DNA of 64,000 nucleotides from positions 21,080,001-21,144,000 of the forward strand of contig NC_043023.1 of assembly GCF_006345805.1 (NCBI RefSeq), in the 5' to 3' direction. The stretch's first letter is position 1. Each line of letters starts with the position of its first letter. The notes below the pieces were generated by a model. That model saw nothing but the letters and a program-made list of their open reading frames with translations. It searched no databases and was not told where the DNA came from. This document shows, one piece after another, positions 1-11,929 of this stretch. The translations under genes were made by a program, and so were the position numbers. The DNA is from Octopus sinensis. Taxonomy: Eukaryota.

Positions 1-422
1 GATACTTCATGCTGTCCAGCGGTTTGGAAAAGAAGGACGTCCATTATGACTATTTTAGGAAATTAACTTCCTCTCCCAGACCTAACCACGGTCTTTGAGT
101 AGAAAGAATGGCATTATTATTATACTTTGCAAAAGGAATAAAATATCTGTGTATCATAGCAGCGATCCGTTTCCCAGTTTCTCGGTGGATGTAAATGTCT
201 CTATAAATTAAGGAAAATGAGAACATCTATGGAGAGCTGACAAGGAACTTACAGCTCTTGTATCCATGCCATACATGTCCATTTGTTTCCATTATCATAG
301 GTGCCCTGAGCAACGTCACAACAGATTTGCCTAGAAAATTTGAGATGTCTAGGCTCTCAAAAACAGAAGAAAGAATGGATTTTATTTTACTATTGAGGTT
401 CTTGGAATGACTATACAAATAC

Positions 423-840
423 GTATTTCTTTACTACCCACAAGGGACTAAACACAGAGGGGACAAACAAGGACAGACAAACGGATTAATTCGATTATAT
501 CGACCCCGGTGCGTAACTGGTACTTATTTAATCGACCCCGAAAGGATGAAAGGCAAAGTCGACCTCAGCGGAATTTCAACTCAGAACGTAACGGCAGACG
601 AAATACCTATTTCTTTACTACCCACAAGGGGCTAAACACAGAGAGGACAAACAAGGACAGACAAACGGATTAAGTCGATTACATCAACCCCAGTGCGTAA
701 CTGGTACTTATTTAATCGACCCCGAAAGGATGAAAGGCAAAGTCGACCTCGGCGGAATTTGAACTCAGAACGTAGCGGCAAACGAAATACCGCTAAGCAT
801 TTCGTCCAGCGCGCTAATAATTCTGCCAGCTCGCCGCCTT
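423..840 (-). mobile_element. tRNA-headed SINE family B, head plus 2 tandem ~186-bp 3' modules
   Basis: Minus-strand head with A-box-like TGGCAGAA and B-box-like GAGTTCAAATTC. Flanked by the 17-bp direct repeat aatgactatacaaatac (406-422, 841-857), a TSD. Confidence 0.9.
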
Positions 841-1123
841 AATGACTATACAAATACAGCCTCATAAATGACTGTCAGTTTCAGATGTTCTATAAAGAGA
901 CACGGCGTTGACTCTTTCGTGAAAGACTACGTGTGTTGATATAATCTGCTTTTAAATATGTGCTATGTGAGTCCAGTATAGTTTCTCTGGATATCAGTGT
1001 CAGACGTTTATAGAAGCTCTGTATATCGCCGCTTTATAAACATCTAAGCCGTTTAGTGGAAATTCCTGGGCAAGGTTTCGATTACAATCTGGGTGTTGAG
1101 AGGTGAGTCGAAAAAGTGGGAAA

Positions 1124-1556
1124 GGCACAGGAGTGGCTGTGTGGTAAGTAGCTTGCTTACGAACCACATGGTTCCGGGTTCAATCCCACTGCGTGGCACC
1201 TTGGGTAAGTGTCTTCTACTATAGCCTCGGGCCGACCAAAGCCTTGTGAGTGGATTCGGTAGACGGAAACTGAAAGAAGCCCGTCGTACATATATATATA
1301 TATGTGTGTGTGTATGTATGTATGTATGTATGTATATGTTTGTGTTTCTGTGTTTGTCCCCCCAACATCGCTTGACAACCGATGCTGGTGTGTTTACGTC
1401 CTCGTAATTTAGCGGTTCGGCAAAAAGAGATCGATAGAATATGTACTAGGCTTACAAAGAATAAGTCCTGGGGGGTCGATGTGCTCAACTAAAAAGCGGT
1501 GCTCCAGCATTGCCGCAGTCAAATGACTGAAACAAGTAGAAGAGTAGTAAAAGAGT
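1124..1556 (+). mobile_element. SINE family A (tRNA head, CORE-like ACCTTGGG[C/T]AAGT, internal (TA)n(TG)n, 3' half ending gtaaaagag)
   Basis: A box TGGCTGTGTGG and B box GGTTCAATCC. ~18 similar copies in the window. Confidence 0.9.
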
Positions 1557-1695
1557 ATAGCTACGTATTATTATCAAATACTGACAAGAACGCTCTGCCT
1601 ATGTTCGTTATTTCATTTATGTTCCTAAGTGAGGTGAACCCTGTACTAGAGTCCAATTTATACTCCGGTGTTTTCTAAGAGATATTAGTTCTAAA

Positions 1696-2077
1696 GGAGG
1701 CGCAATGGCCCAGTAGTTAGGGCAGCGGACTCGCGGTCATAGGATCGCGGTTTCGATTCCCAGACCGGGCGTTGTGAGTGTTTATTGAGCGAAAACACCT
1801 AAAAGCTCCACGAGGCTCCGGCAAGGGATGGTGGTGATCCCTGCTGTACTCTTTCACCACAACTTTCTCTCACTCTTACTTCCTGTTTCTGTTGTACCTG
1901 TATTTCAAGGGGCCGGCTTGTCACTCTCTGTGTCACGCTGAATCCCCCCAAGAACTACGTTAAGGGTACACGTGTCTGTGGAGTGCTCAGCCACTTGCAC
2001 GTTAATATCACGAGCAAGCTGTTCCGTAGATCGTATCAGCTGGGACCCTCATCGTCGCAACCGACGGAGTGCTCCTA
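1696..2077 (+). mobile_element. SINE: head C plus tail 1
   Basis: tRNA-like head TGGCCCAGTAG...GGTTTCGATTCC. 9-bp TSD agttctaaa (1687-1695, 2078-2086). Homologous to 43024-43415. Confidence 0.9.
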
Positions 2078-2300
2078 AGTTCTAAATATTTCATTCGTTA
2101 AAGCAATTTTTTAGAAGTGTAATATTGTAAACGGGGAAAATGAACATGGCTAAATGTCGAATACGTTGACCTACTTCAATTTTTTCCGCATCTTATTTTC
2201 TATAATGGCTCGTGGGTGATTTGTAATTTTATCTGTGTACATAGTATCTTTGCTTGAGTTTCTACGGGATTACTGCTATCTGCGATCAGATGTATGATGT

Positions 2301-2996
2301 CACCTTCACCTTGATCACCTTGACTGACCAGTCCGTCGGGCGTCTATTTGACACCGCTGGTCACAGCATGCTATCCACTCCTCTCTGGATCGCATCTTTC
2401 TCATCCACGTGATCCCCATCGTCCTCCTGAAATCGTAACTCCACCGTCGTGGAGGCCTTCCGGGTGGTCGTTTCCGCTCACACGGGTACCACTCGACAAG
2501 TGCGCGGGTCCACCGTACGAGTGCCAGTCGAGACGAGAGTGCAGCAAGGAGAAACGATCTCCCCAAAACTTTTCACTGCATGTCTCGAGCAGATCATCAG
2601 AGGCATCGACTGTCAAGGCGGTGTCAACATCAATGGCGAGCTCCTGACCCACCTCCGTTTCGCTGACGACATCGTTCTCATCGCTAAAACCACGGATCAG
2701 CTTCAGACCATGCTGACGGAGCTTGACATCAAAAGCTCTGCAGTAGGTCTCAAGATGAACCGTATGAAAACGAAGTTCATGCGGTCAGACAACGTACCAA
2801 CAGGTCGAGTGGGGATCGGCAGTGATGAAATAGATGAGGTGAGAGAATATGTCTACCTGGGACAGGAAGTGAATATGTGCCGGGATATCGAAAAGGAGAT
2901 CTCACGGAGAGTAAGGGCCGGATGGAAGGCGTTTAATGGCATAAGGGATGTGCTCAAGGGAATGTTGGACAGGACCACCCGTGCCTACCTCATCAA
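2301..2996 (-). mobile_element. RTE-clade non-LTR retrotransposon, 5'-truncated with an inverted RT segment
   Basis: Plus strand ~2515-2996 encodes RT motifs QGETISPKLF, FADD, GLKMNRMKT, YLG. Minus strand 2515-2315 encodes the RTE C-terminus RWTRALVEWYPCERKRPPGRPPRRW with a (tcaaggtga)-like tail. 14-bp TSD cagatg[t/c]atgatgt (2287-2300, 2997-3010). Confidence 0.9.
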
Positions 2997-3239
2997 CAGA
3001 TGCATGATGTAAGCTAGAAAATTAAAGCTGTTTTTAGATTGATGTAAATCCTCAGATTTTATTCTATGTCTTTTAGGTTCCTTTAAAGCTTATCAAAACC
3101 GTTATCATTGATGTTGTGTGACACAGTTAAACCATCATCACTGTACACACCGCATTATAATTTTAGCCATAATAAAAAATAGACCGACTACTTCAGAGGC
3201 ATCCACTCCATCATATTCCCTATCCATCTTTTCCACCAA

Positions 3240-3605
3240 CTATTCCTAGGAGGGTCGTCGGGGTAGATTCCTCTGGCACCTTCATAGGGTCCTATCAGAA
3301 GCACCTTTCGTTACATTTTCCAGCTGAATTGTAGATATTGTCCAAATATCTCATTCTCGGTCTACTCCTGGGTCTGCTCTTATTTGTCTCGGCTTGAAAA
3401 TACCATCTTGCGATTCTTTCCTGCAACTTTCTAATCGAATCTTCGTAGTACAAGATCTGTAAACTCTCAATGCAGAGAAGTAACGGTTCGACCTTAAGAG
3501 ACTAGCTGAGACCATGGATAGTATCCAGCCACCTCATTCTTGGTCTACCCTTGGGTCTTCCCTCAGTTGTCTCGGCTTGAAAATGCCATCTTGCGATTCT
3601 TTCCT
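3240..3605 (-). mobile_element. Degenerate RTE-type C-terminal remnant, partly duplicated
   Basis: Minus strand reads ERIARWYFQAETNKSRPRSRPRMRYLDNI. ~70 bp is repeated at 3530-3605. Confidence 0.45.
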
Positions 3606-3662
3606 GAAACTATGTCTGTGTGTGTGTGTGTGTGTGTGTATACTTGTGTGAATGTGTGTGTG

Positions 3663-3990
3663 CATCTCACTGAAGGGCTTTGGAATCGGCCCTGAAACAT
3701 GACAGACGCAAGGGCAAGGCCGCCATTCGTGACGAAGCTGCTCCAATTAAAAGGTACCATCTTCTACGAACAGAGCAGAGCTGACGGAGCCGAAAGAAAA
3801 TACAAATTACGCAAGTCCAGTGCCAATTGCACGCCTTCAATCCCAGCAAACAACCAATGCCCGACCGGCGGCAAAGCCTTCCGAGAACCCATCAGACTCA
3901 TCGACCACAACCGAGCATACCTTCCCCCACTTCTCCTATGTGACGGCCTAGATCATCGTCGACAACGACGGAGAAACTACTATTCTTCTT
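3663..3990 (+). mobile_element. RTE 3' end with a decayed C-terminal C2H2-like finger
   Basis: SLKGFGIGPET(W)QTQGQGRHS(W)R...FYEQSR...RK...CPTGGKAFREPIRLIDHNR. Trp codons have decayed to TGA. Confidence 0.65.
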
Positions 3991-4104
3991 CAACAACTGT
4001 TTATCGTTTTTGAGATTTGAATGCATTTAACCTCTTTTCAGCCATATACCAATAGAATACGAAGCTTTAAAAAGCGAAGAAAAGGCGAATTTATCGAGTA
4101 ACCC

Positions 4105-4650
4105 AATAAATGGTTACTCTTGGCAACGCTGTGGCAGTATTTAGAAGACTGACAACACTGTGGTGTAGCAACAACATAAGTATAGAGTTGAAGATTCGTT
4201 TGTACAAAACAGCAATACGGCCAATAGCGATCTATGCAGCTGAGATCTGGAAGACAACAGCAAAAATCGCCTGCCAACTCGATGTATTTCATCAGCGCTT
4301 CCTCAGAAAGATCCTAGTAATCACGTATTGAGAGAGAGAGTGACAAATGAAGCCATTCTCCAAGCAGCGAGAGTAAGGCCTCTGCATGTAATTGCAACCA
4401 AATGATGGATGAGAATGGCTGGACACATATTAAGACGGCATGAGGAAAGGTCTGCCAAAACAGCCATGGGCTGGATGTCGCTGGAAGGTCAAAGAAAAAA
4501 TAGCTGGGCAAGGAAGGCATGGCCTTCAAAGAAGACCTAAGGAGACTGAACATCACCTGGGAGTAAGCATATCGGTTGGCCAGACATGGACATAAGTGGC
4601 GATAGCTCACTGCGCAGTGTGCAGCTCAAAGGCACCAACAGACCCAAGAA
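4105..4650 (+). mobile_element. RTE-type LINE 3' fragment (post-RT region)
   Basis: FRRLTTLW...ISIELKIRLYKTAIRPIAIYAAEIW...LDVFHQRFLRKIL, followed by frameshifted 3' sequence. Confidence 0.75.
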
Positions 4651-4664
4651 GTAGATTCTACTAT

Positions 4665-4868
4665 ATTCATTTTTATTGCCCACAGGGGGCTAAACATAGA
4701 GGGGACAAACAAGGACAGGGAAAAGGATTGAGTCGATCACATTGACGTTAGTGTGTAACTGGTATTTAATTAATCGACCCCGAAAGGATAAAAAGTGAAG
4801 TCACCTTTGGTGGAATTTGAACTCGGAAGGTAAAGACAAATGAAATACCGTTAAATATTTCGCCCGAT
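4665..4868 (-). mobile_element. SINE B fragment, diverged
   Basis: Reverse complement of the family B module (gggctaaacatagaggggacaaacaaggac...). Confidence 0.8.
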
Positions 4869-5004
4869 GTCCTTCAAAAAAGGCCTACGAAAGCAGAACA
4901 TCATCTGAGAAGAAGCTTACAGGTTGACCAGAAACGGACATGATTGCCGATCACTGAATGCCCAGTGTGCCGCTCAAAGACACAAACGGAACGAAGACGA
5001 AATA
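4868..5004 (+). mobile_element. Extra copy of the RTE 3' end seen at ~4510-4650
   Basis: aacatcatctgagaagaagc...cactgaatgcccagtgtgccgctcaaag. A third copy lies at 5446-5650. Confidence 0.6.
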
Positions 5005-5007
5005 GAA

Positions 5008-5420
5008 GCCGGCGAGATGGCAGAGTGGTTAGCACACCGGGCGAAATGCTTAGCGGTATTTCGTCTGCCGTTACGTTGTAAGTTCAAATTCCGCCGAGGT
5101 CGACTTTGCCTTTCATCTATCGGAGTCGATAAATTAAATACCAGTTACGCACTAGGGTCGATGTAATCGACTTAATTCCGTTGTCTGTCCTTGTTTGTCC
5201 TCTCTGTGTTTAGCCCCTTGTGGGTAGTAAAGAAATAGGTATTTCGTCTGCAGTTACGTTCTGAGTTCAAATTCCGCCGAGGTCGACTTTGCCTTTCATC
5301 TATCGGAGTCGATAAATTAAATACCAGTTACGCACTAGGGTCGATGTAATCGACTTAATTCCGTTGTCTGTCCTTGTTTGTCCCGTCAGTGTTTAGCCCC
5401 TTGTGGGCAATCAAGAAATA
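5008..5420 (+). mobile_element. SINE B, head plus 2 modules
   Basis: Head ggcgagatggcagagtgg, then two tandem tatttcgtctg...gtaaagaaata modules. Confidence 0.85.
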
Positions 5421-5445
5421 AGATTCTACTGTATCGAATTCGTCA

Positions 5446-5650
5446 AAAAACAGCCATGTGCTGGATGTTGAAATTAAGAGAAGAGGCCGGCCAAGGGCGA
5501 TATGGCGTAGTACCTTCAAAGAAGGCCTACGAAGACAGAACATCATCTGAGAAGAAGCTTACAGGTTGACCAGAGACGGACATCATTGGCAATCACTCAC
5601 TGCCCAGTGTGCCGCTCAAAGGCACCAACAGAACGAAAAAGAAATAGATT
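5446..5650 (+). mobile_element. Third copy of the RTE 3' end
   Basis: Close match to 4868-5004 and 4460-4650. Confidence 0.6.
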
Positions 5651-5678
5651 TTACTGTATGGAATTCATCAATTCATCA

Positions 5679-5840
5679 GGCGCATGAGTGGCTGTGTGGT
5701 AAGTAGCTTGCTAACCAACCACATGGTTCCGGGTTCAGTCCCACTGCGTGGCATCTTGGGCAAGTGTCTTCTGCTATAGCCCCGGGCCGACCAAAGCCTT
5801 GTGAGTGGATTTGGTAGACGGAAACTGAAAGAAGCCTGTC

Positions 5841-5921
<81 letters not shown>

Positions 5922-6140
5922 TGTGTCTGTGTTTGTCCCCCTAGCATTGCTTGACAACCGATGCTGGTGTGTTTACGTCCCCATCACTTAGCGGTTCGGC
6001 ATAAAGAGACCGATAGAATAAGTACTGGGCTTACAAAAAAAGAATAAGTCCCGGGGTCGATTTGCTCGACTAAAGGCGGTGCTCCAGCATGGCCGCAGTC
6101 AAATGACTGAAACAAGTAAAAGAGTAAAAGAGAAAGAGTA
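5679..6140 (+). mobile_element. SINE A
   Basis: Full bipartite copy with a long internal (TA)n(TG)n. Confidence 0.9.
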
Positions 6141-6410
6141 ATTCTACAAACGTGGGTTGCCCATTATATTCTAAACCAATAAGTATTGCAAATCCAATAA
6201 TCTAATCTGGTGGAGGTTTAGGCTTTTCAGATGAATGGATTTATCGAGTTCTATGTCACGACCCGATATTTCTTTGACGGGTAAAATACCCAGGAAATTC
6301 GAGTCGCGATCTTTTCAGATATTGTAAGAAGAACCGCCGCGTGGCGCTGCATTCCATGCGGTCGTCTATATTTAGTTGTGTGGTTCGTGACTAATCGAGA
6401 ACTGATAGCA

Positions 6411-6411
6411 C

Positions 6412-6442
<31 letters not shown>

Positions 6443-6535
6443 CGGATTGTTGACATTATCTTTACTTTTAGCATCATCATCATCATCATCATCGTTGTCA
6501 TCATCACCATCATCATCGTTGTCATTATCATCATC

Positions 6536-6566
<31 letters not shown>

Positions 6567-6923
6567 TCGCCATCATCATCATCATCATCGCCATCGCCAT
6601 CGCCATCATCATCATCATCAACGTCATTTTTCTTAATTACCAACAACATAACAAGCATAATTATTATTACTATCAGTAGTAGTAGTAGTGGTGGTGGTGG
6701 TGGTGGTAGCAAAAGTAGTAGTAGCAGCAGCAGCAGCAGCACTAGTAGCTGCGGTGGTGGTTGTAGCAGCAGCAGAGGTAGTAGTAGTAGTAGTAGTAGT
6801 AGTGGTTGTAGTAGTAGTAGTAGTAAAAGAAGAAACGGTTTATCGATTTTCTATTTTCTTGTAATAACCACTACTACAACCATCATCATCTTCATTATTA
6901 CTATTATTATTATTATATTATTA

Positions 6924-6966
<43 letters not shown>

Positions 6967-7088
6967 TATTATATTATTATTATTATCATTATATTATTAT
7001 ATCATTATTATTATTATCATTATTATTATATTATTATATCATTATTATTATTATTATCATTATTATTATTATTATATTATTATTATTA

Positions 7089-7119
<31 letters not shown>

Positions 7120-7213
7120 CATTATATTATTATCATTATTATTATTATATATTATTATTATTATCATTATTATTATTATCATTATATCATTATTATTATT
7201 ATTATCATTATTA

Positions 7214-7262
<49 letters not shown>

Positions 7263-7380
7263 CATTATTATTATTATTACTATTATCATCATTATTGTTG
7301 TTGTTGCTTTTGCCGCTATCATTACCATCCTCTTCAGCATCATCATCATCATCATCTCATCATTATTGTTGTTGTTGTTA
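6411..7380. repeat. Compound trinucleotide microsatellite (GTT)n/(CAT)n/(AGT)n/(ATT)n
   Basis: Visible directly. It explains the poly-D/S/L/Y/I ORFs. Confidence 0.95.
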
Positions 7381-7499
7381 TTCAAGCGAGGAGAAAAGTA
7401 TGAAAAGGTCAATTTGTAGGACGCCCAGCAAAGTGAGAAAGAACGAGAGAAGATGGTGGGAGAGAGTGAGAGTGAGAGGGAGAGAAGAGAAAGGGGGAG

Positions 7500-7546
7500 A
7501 ATGAGAGAGGGAGGAGATGGAGACGGAGAGAAACAGACCAAAAAGA

Positions 7547-7577
<31 letters not shown>

Positions 7578-8240
7578 GACAGAGGAAACGAGAAAGTGAG
7601 TGGAGAGAGATGGAGATGTAGGGAGAGAAAGGCTTGTGAGAGAAAGACAGGAAGTGAAAGAGGAGGAGAGAGAGTGAGAGAGAGAGAGGGAGAAAACGAG
7701 AAAGTGAGTGGAGAGAGATAGAGATGTAGGGAGAGAAAGGCTTGGGAGAGAAAGACAGGAAGTGAGAGAGGAAGAGAGAGAGTGAGAGAGAGGGAGAGAG
7801 AGAGAGAGAGAGAGAAAACGAGAGTGGAGAGAGATAGAGATGTACGGAGAGAAAGGCTTGGGAGAGAAAGACAGGAAGTGAGAGAGGAAGAGAGAGAGGG
7901 AGAGAGAGAGAGAGAAAACGAGAGTGGAGAGAGATAGAGATGTAGGGAGAGAAAGGTTTGGGAGAGAAAGACAGGAAGTGAGAGAGGAGGAGAGAGAGTG
8001 AGAGAGAGGGAGAAAACGAGAAACTGAGTGGAGAGAGATAGAGATGTAGGGAGAGAAAGGCTCGGGAGAGAAAGGCTTGGGAGAGAAAGACAGGAAGTGA
8101 GAGAGGAAGAGAGAGAGGGAGAGAAAATGAGAAAGTGAATGGAGAGGGATAGAGATGTAGGGAGAGAAAGGCTTGGGAGAGAAAGACAGGAAGTGAGAGA
8201 GGAAGAGTGAGAGAGAGCAGGGAAGAGTCGGGTGGGAGAG
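7500..8240. repeat. GA-rich minisatellite, ~6 units of ~100-117 bp
   Basis: gatgtagggagagaaagg(c/t)ttgggagagaaagacaggaagtg recurs near 7615, 7724, 7841, 7940, 8043 and 8155. Confidence 0.85.
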
Positions 8241-8593
8241 AGAGGGAGAGACAAAGTAAACGTGAACGGAATGGAAGCTTGTGGAATGTTCTGGGAGAGA
8301 GTGTAAAACAGTTGGAAATAATGGAAGTGGTTAATTATTGGATTTTTGGGTGGAACCGCCGCTTCTGTTATTGGTGGCGGTGGTGGTGGTCGCGGTAGGA
8401 TGCGGTGGTGGCTGAAGATAACATTCCATGAACGCATGATGAACGCATGGACACATCTAATGCCATACATACACACACACACATTTACACATACGCACCC
8501 GAAATCACATACACACACACAGAAATACGTAATATAATTCGGTGCATTTAAATGGATCTATATATGGATTATATAAGTATACATACATAGACC

Positions 8594-8630
<37 letters not shown>

Positions 8631-8663
8631 GCATATATACATACATACACACATACACATATA

Positions 8664-8834
8664 GGCGCAGGAGTGGCTGTGTGGGAAGTAGCTTGCTTAA
8701 CAACCACATGGTTCCGGGTTCAGTCCCACTGCGTGGCACCTTGGGCAAGTGTCTTCTACTATAGCCTCGGGCCGACCAAAGCCTTGTGAGTGGATTTGGT
8801 AGACGGAAACTGAAAGAAGCCTGTCGTATATATG

Positions 8835-8867
<33 letters not shown>

Positions 8868-9067
8868 ATGCGTGTGTGTTTGTGTTTGTCCCCCTAGCAT
8901 TGCTTGACAACCGATGCTGCTGTGTTTATGTCCCCGTCGGCAAAAGAGACCGATAGAATAAGTACTGGGCTTACAAAGAATAAGAACCGGGGTCGAGTTC
9001 TCGGCTAAAGGCGGTGCTCCAGCATGGCCGCAGTCAAATGACTGAAACAAGTAAGAGAGCAAAAGAA
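8664..9067 (+). mobile_element. SINE A
   Basis: Full copy directly after an (AT/AC)n tract. Confidence 0.9.
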
Positions 9068-9107
9068 TACATACATACATACATACATACATACATGTAT
9101 GTAAATA

Positions 9108-9343
9108 CAAGTATTATAACCCGATCTCATTCGGGTCAACTCGGGCCACTTTTTCAAGATGAGGCATTTAGCCCTAGAGGCCACGCCTTTTAATTGAGCA
9201 AGCTCAAATTTGCCGTACAAACTCCCCACCACTTTTAACATAGGTATGCAAATTTTCAGGTCAATCCGACCACATTTACTAACTTTTGGCTGTATAACTA
9301 CTTGTGAGAAAACGCCCACCCCTTTTCACAAATATATAGTAGA
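9108..9343 (-). mobile_element. Non-autonomous Helitron-like element
   Basis: Minus strand starts TCtactatatatttgtg and ends with the hairpin acccga-atgaga-tcgggt plus CTTG|T (CTRR-like). Confidence 0.55.
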
Positions 9344-9530
9344 GTAGCGAAGATACCCGGCCTTGCTCGGGATTAAAATGGCAGAGTTTTTTTATTGTTT
9401 TATTTGTTTGGGTTTTATGACCCTATTTCATTGGGCCACATTTTAAAGATGAGGAATTTTGCGCTAGAGGCCTCTTTTACCTGCACAACTGCTTGTGAGT
9501 CAACGTCCGCCCTTTTCACAAATATACAGT
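9344..9530 (-). mobile_element. Second related Helitron-like unit, joined head-to-tail to 9108-9343
   Basis: 3' hairpin cccgagcaaggccggg plus CTAC abuts the TC of the next unit. Internal sequence is similar to 9143-9338. Confidence 0.5.
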
Positions 9531-9540
9531 ATGTATATGC

Positions 9541-9746
9541 TCTTTACTCTCTTTTACTTGTTTCTGTCATTTGACTGCGGCCATGCTGGAGCACCGCCTT
9601 TAATCGAGCAACTCGACCCAGGGATTTATTCTTTTGTAAGCCCAGTACTTATTCTATCGGTTTCTTTTGCCGAACCGCTAAGTAACGGGGACGTAAAGAC
9701 ACCAGCATTGGTTGTCAACAATGCTAGGAGGACAAACACACACACA

Positions 9747-9806
<60 letters not shown>

Positions 9807-9961
9807 CGACAGGCTTCTTTCAGTTTCCGTCTACCAAATCCACTCACAAGGCATTGGTCGGCCCGGGGCTATAGCAGAAGACACTTGCCCAAGATGCCAC
9901 GCAGTGGGACTGAACCGGACCATGTGGTTGGTAAACAAGCTACTTACCACACAGTCACTCC
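9541..9961 (-). mobile_element. SINE A
   Basis: Reverse complement of the family A consensus. Confidence 0.9.
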
Positions 9962-9992
<31 letters not shown>

Positions 9993-10010
9993 ATATGTAT
10001 GAATGTATAA

Positions 10011-10335
10011 GGAGCACTCCGTCGGTTACGACGACGAGGGTTCCGGTTGATCCGATCAACGGAACAGCCTGCTCGTAAAATTAACGTGCAAGTGGCTGAG
10101 TACTCCACAGACACGTGTACCCTTAACGTAGTTCTCGGGGAGATTCAGCATGACATAAAATGTGACAAGCCTGGCATCTTTGCAATACAGGTACAACTCA
10201 TTTTTGCTAGCGGAGTGGACTGGAGCAACGTGAAATAAAATGTCTTGCTCAAGGACACAACGCGTCGCCGGGATTTGAACTCACGATCTTACGATCCTGA
10301 GCCACATGTCCCTAACCACTAAGCCACGTGCCTTC
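10011..10335 (-). mobile_element. SINE: head D (tRNA plus CORE-like gtgtccttgagcaag) plus tail 1
   Basis: Head matches 43790-43941. Tail matches 1880-2075. Confidence 0.8.
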
Positions 10336-10368
10336 ACTAGATACATATATATATATACATATATGTGA

Positions 10369-10411
<43 letters not shown>

Positions 10412-10456
10412 TATATATATATACTCACATATATGTATATATATATGTATCTAGTG
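10335..10456. repeat. Near-perfect palindrome centred on (TA)n
   Basis: Arms cactagatacatatatatatatacatatatgtgagt and actcacatatatgtatatatatatgtatctagtg. Confidence 0.85.
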
Positions 10457-10467
10457 ATATACATATA

Positions 10468-10885
10468 GGCGCAGGAGTGGCTGTGTGGTAAGTAGCTTGT
10501 TTACCACCCACATGGTTCCGGGTTCAGTCCCACTGCGTGGCACCTTGGGCAAGTGTCTTCTGCTATAGCCTCAGGCCGACCAAAACCTTGTGAGTGGATT
10601 TGGTAGATGGAAACTAAAAGAAACCTGTCGTATATATATATAAATATATATGTGTGTGTATGTATATGTTTGTGTGTCTGTGTTTGTCCTCCCAACATCG
10701 CTTGACAACCGATGCTTGACAACCGGTGTGTCTACGTCATCGTAACCTAGCGGTTCGGCAAAAGAGAACCGATAGAATAAGTACTAGACTTACAAAGAAT
10801 AAGTCCTGGGGTCGCTTTGCTCGACTAAGGGCGGTGCTCCCGCATGGCCGCAGTCAAATGAATGAAACAAGTAAAAAGAGAAAAA
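10468..10885 (+). mobile_element. SINE A
   Basis: Full copy. Confidence 0.9.
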
Positions 10886-10939
10886 AGATATATATACATA
10901 TATATATATACATATATATATATACTTATATATATATGC

Positions 10940-10971
<32 letters not shown>

Positions 10972-11462
10972 GTATTATAAACAATGCATTCAAAAGAGAT
11001 ATCTCAAGAATTCAATCACTACTACCATCCACAACAAGTCACTTTCAGGGCACTTGACCATTTAAGATTCTACTACTATCATTGCACTCTCGCATTCTTC
11101 TTCTTCTTCTTCTTCTTCTTCTTCTTCTTCTTCTTTTCTTCTTTGTTTACCCACAAGAGTAAACAAGAGAGACAGAGACAGGCAGAAGCAAGGAAAATGC
11201 CCCTTGTATTCGAACACTAAATAAATATTCTTTTAAAAAGACTTTTTAAATTTTTGTCTAAATTTAATTGTTTTCCATACTTACAGATGAAAGAGTTTCA
11301 ATGACTGAAACCGGTACTGAAATGTTTTTTATAAAATTATTTTAGCATTTTCTACCTTGACTTTTTTTCCATATATATATCAACTCGTGCGTTCCTTTTC
11401 AATCTTCTACACGTACACACATACACACACGCATTTATATATATATATGCTCCTCAAGGGCA

Positions 11463-11566
11463 CGGTTCCTGGTTCAATCCCACTGCGTGACACTTTTGCT
11501 ATAGCTTCAGACCGACCAAAGTGTTGTAAGTAGATTTGGTAGACAGAAGCTAAAAGGAGGCCGTCG
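11463..11566 (+). mobile_element. SINE A 5' fragment
   Basis: ggttcctggttcaatcccactgcgtg...ggtagacagaagc. Confidence 0.7.
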
Positions 11567-11616
11567 TATATACATGTATGTGTGTATGTGTGTGTGTGTG
11601 TGTGCGTGTGTATGTT

Positions 11617-11665
<49 letters not shown>

Positions 11666-11929
11666 AGGCGCACACACGCGCATACACGCATATGTATACA
11701 TACATACATACATACATTCTTACAATTTTTGTGTGTATGCGAGTGTGTGTGTACACATGAGGGGGTACTTAAAAGTTCCTGGCTTTGGATGAAAGAAAAT
11801 ACCGAAGGATAGGTTAACCATGATTTTCTTTGTGTGTGTGTGTGTGTGTGTGTGTTGTTTACAATGAATCGAAATAACGGTATTTATATACTGTAAACAA
11901 ACACACACGCAAACATATCTTTGCGTGTG

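Noticed and set aside
200-1090. Possible old LINE coding remnants flanking the first SINE
   Set aside because: No convincing RT motif could be read in any frame.
1124-1200. tRNA genes at SINE heads
   Set aside because: A and B boxes are present but there is no full cloverleaf, and they continue into SINE bodies with TSDs.
6251-8518. Long ORFs of 160-370 aa (poly-D/S/Y/L/I and SL-rich)
   Set aside because: They are stop-free frames of tri- and dinucleotide repeats, with no domain or splice evidence. The same applies to the ORFs at 29064-29806, 31849-33009, 45242-45817 and 55271-56353.
11281-11322. Hammerhead-like string cagatga...gaaaccggta
   Set aside because: U4 is altered and stems I and II cannot both be formed. 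At best a dead remnant.
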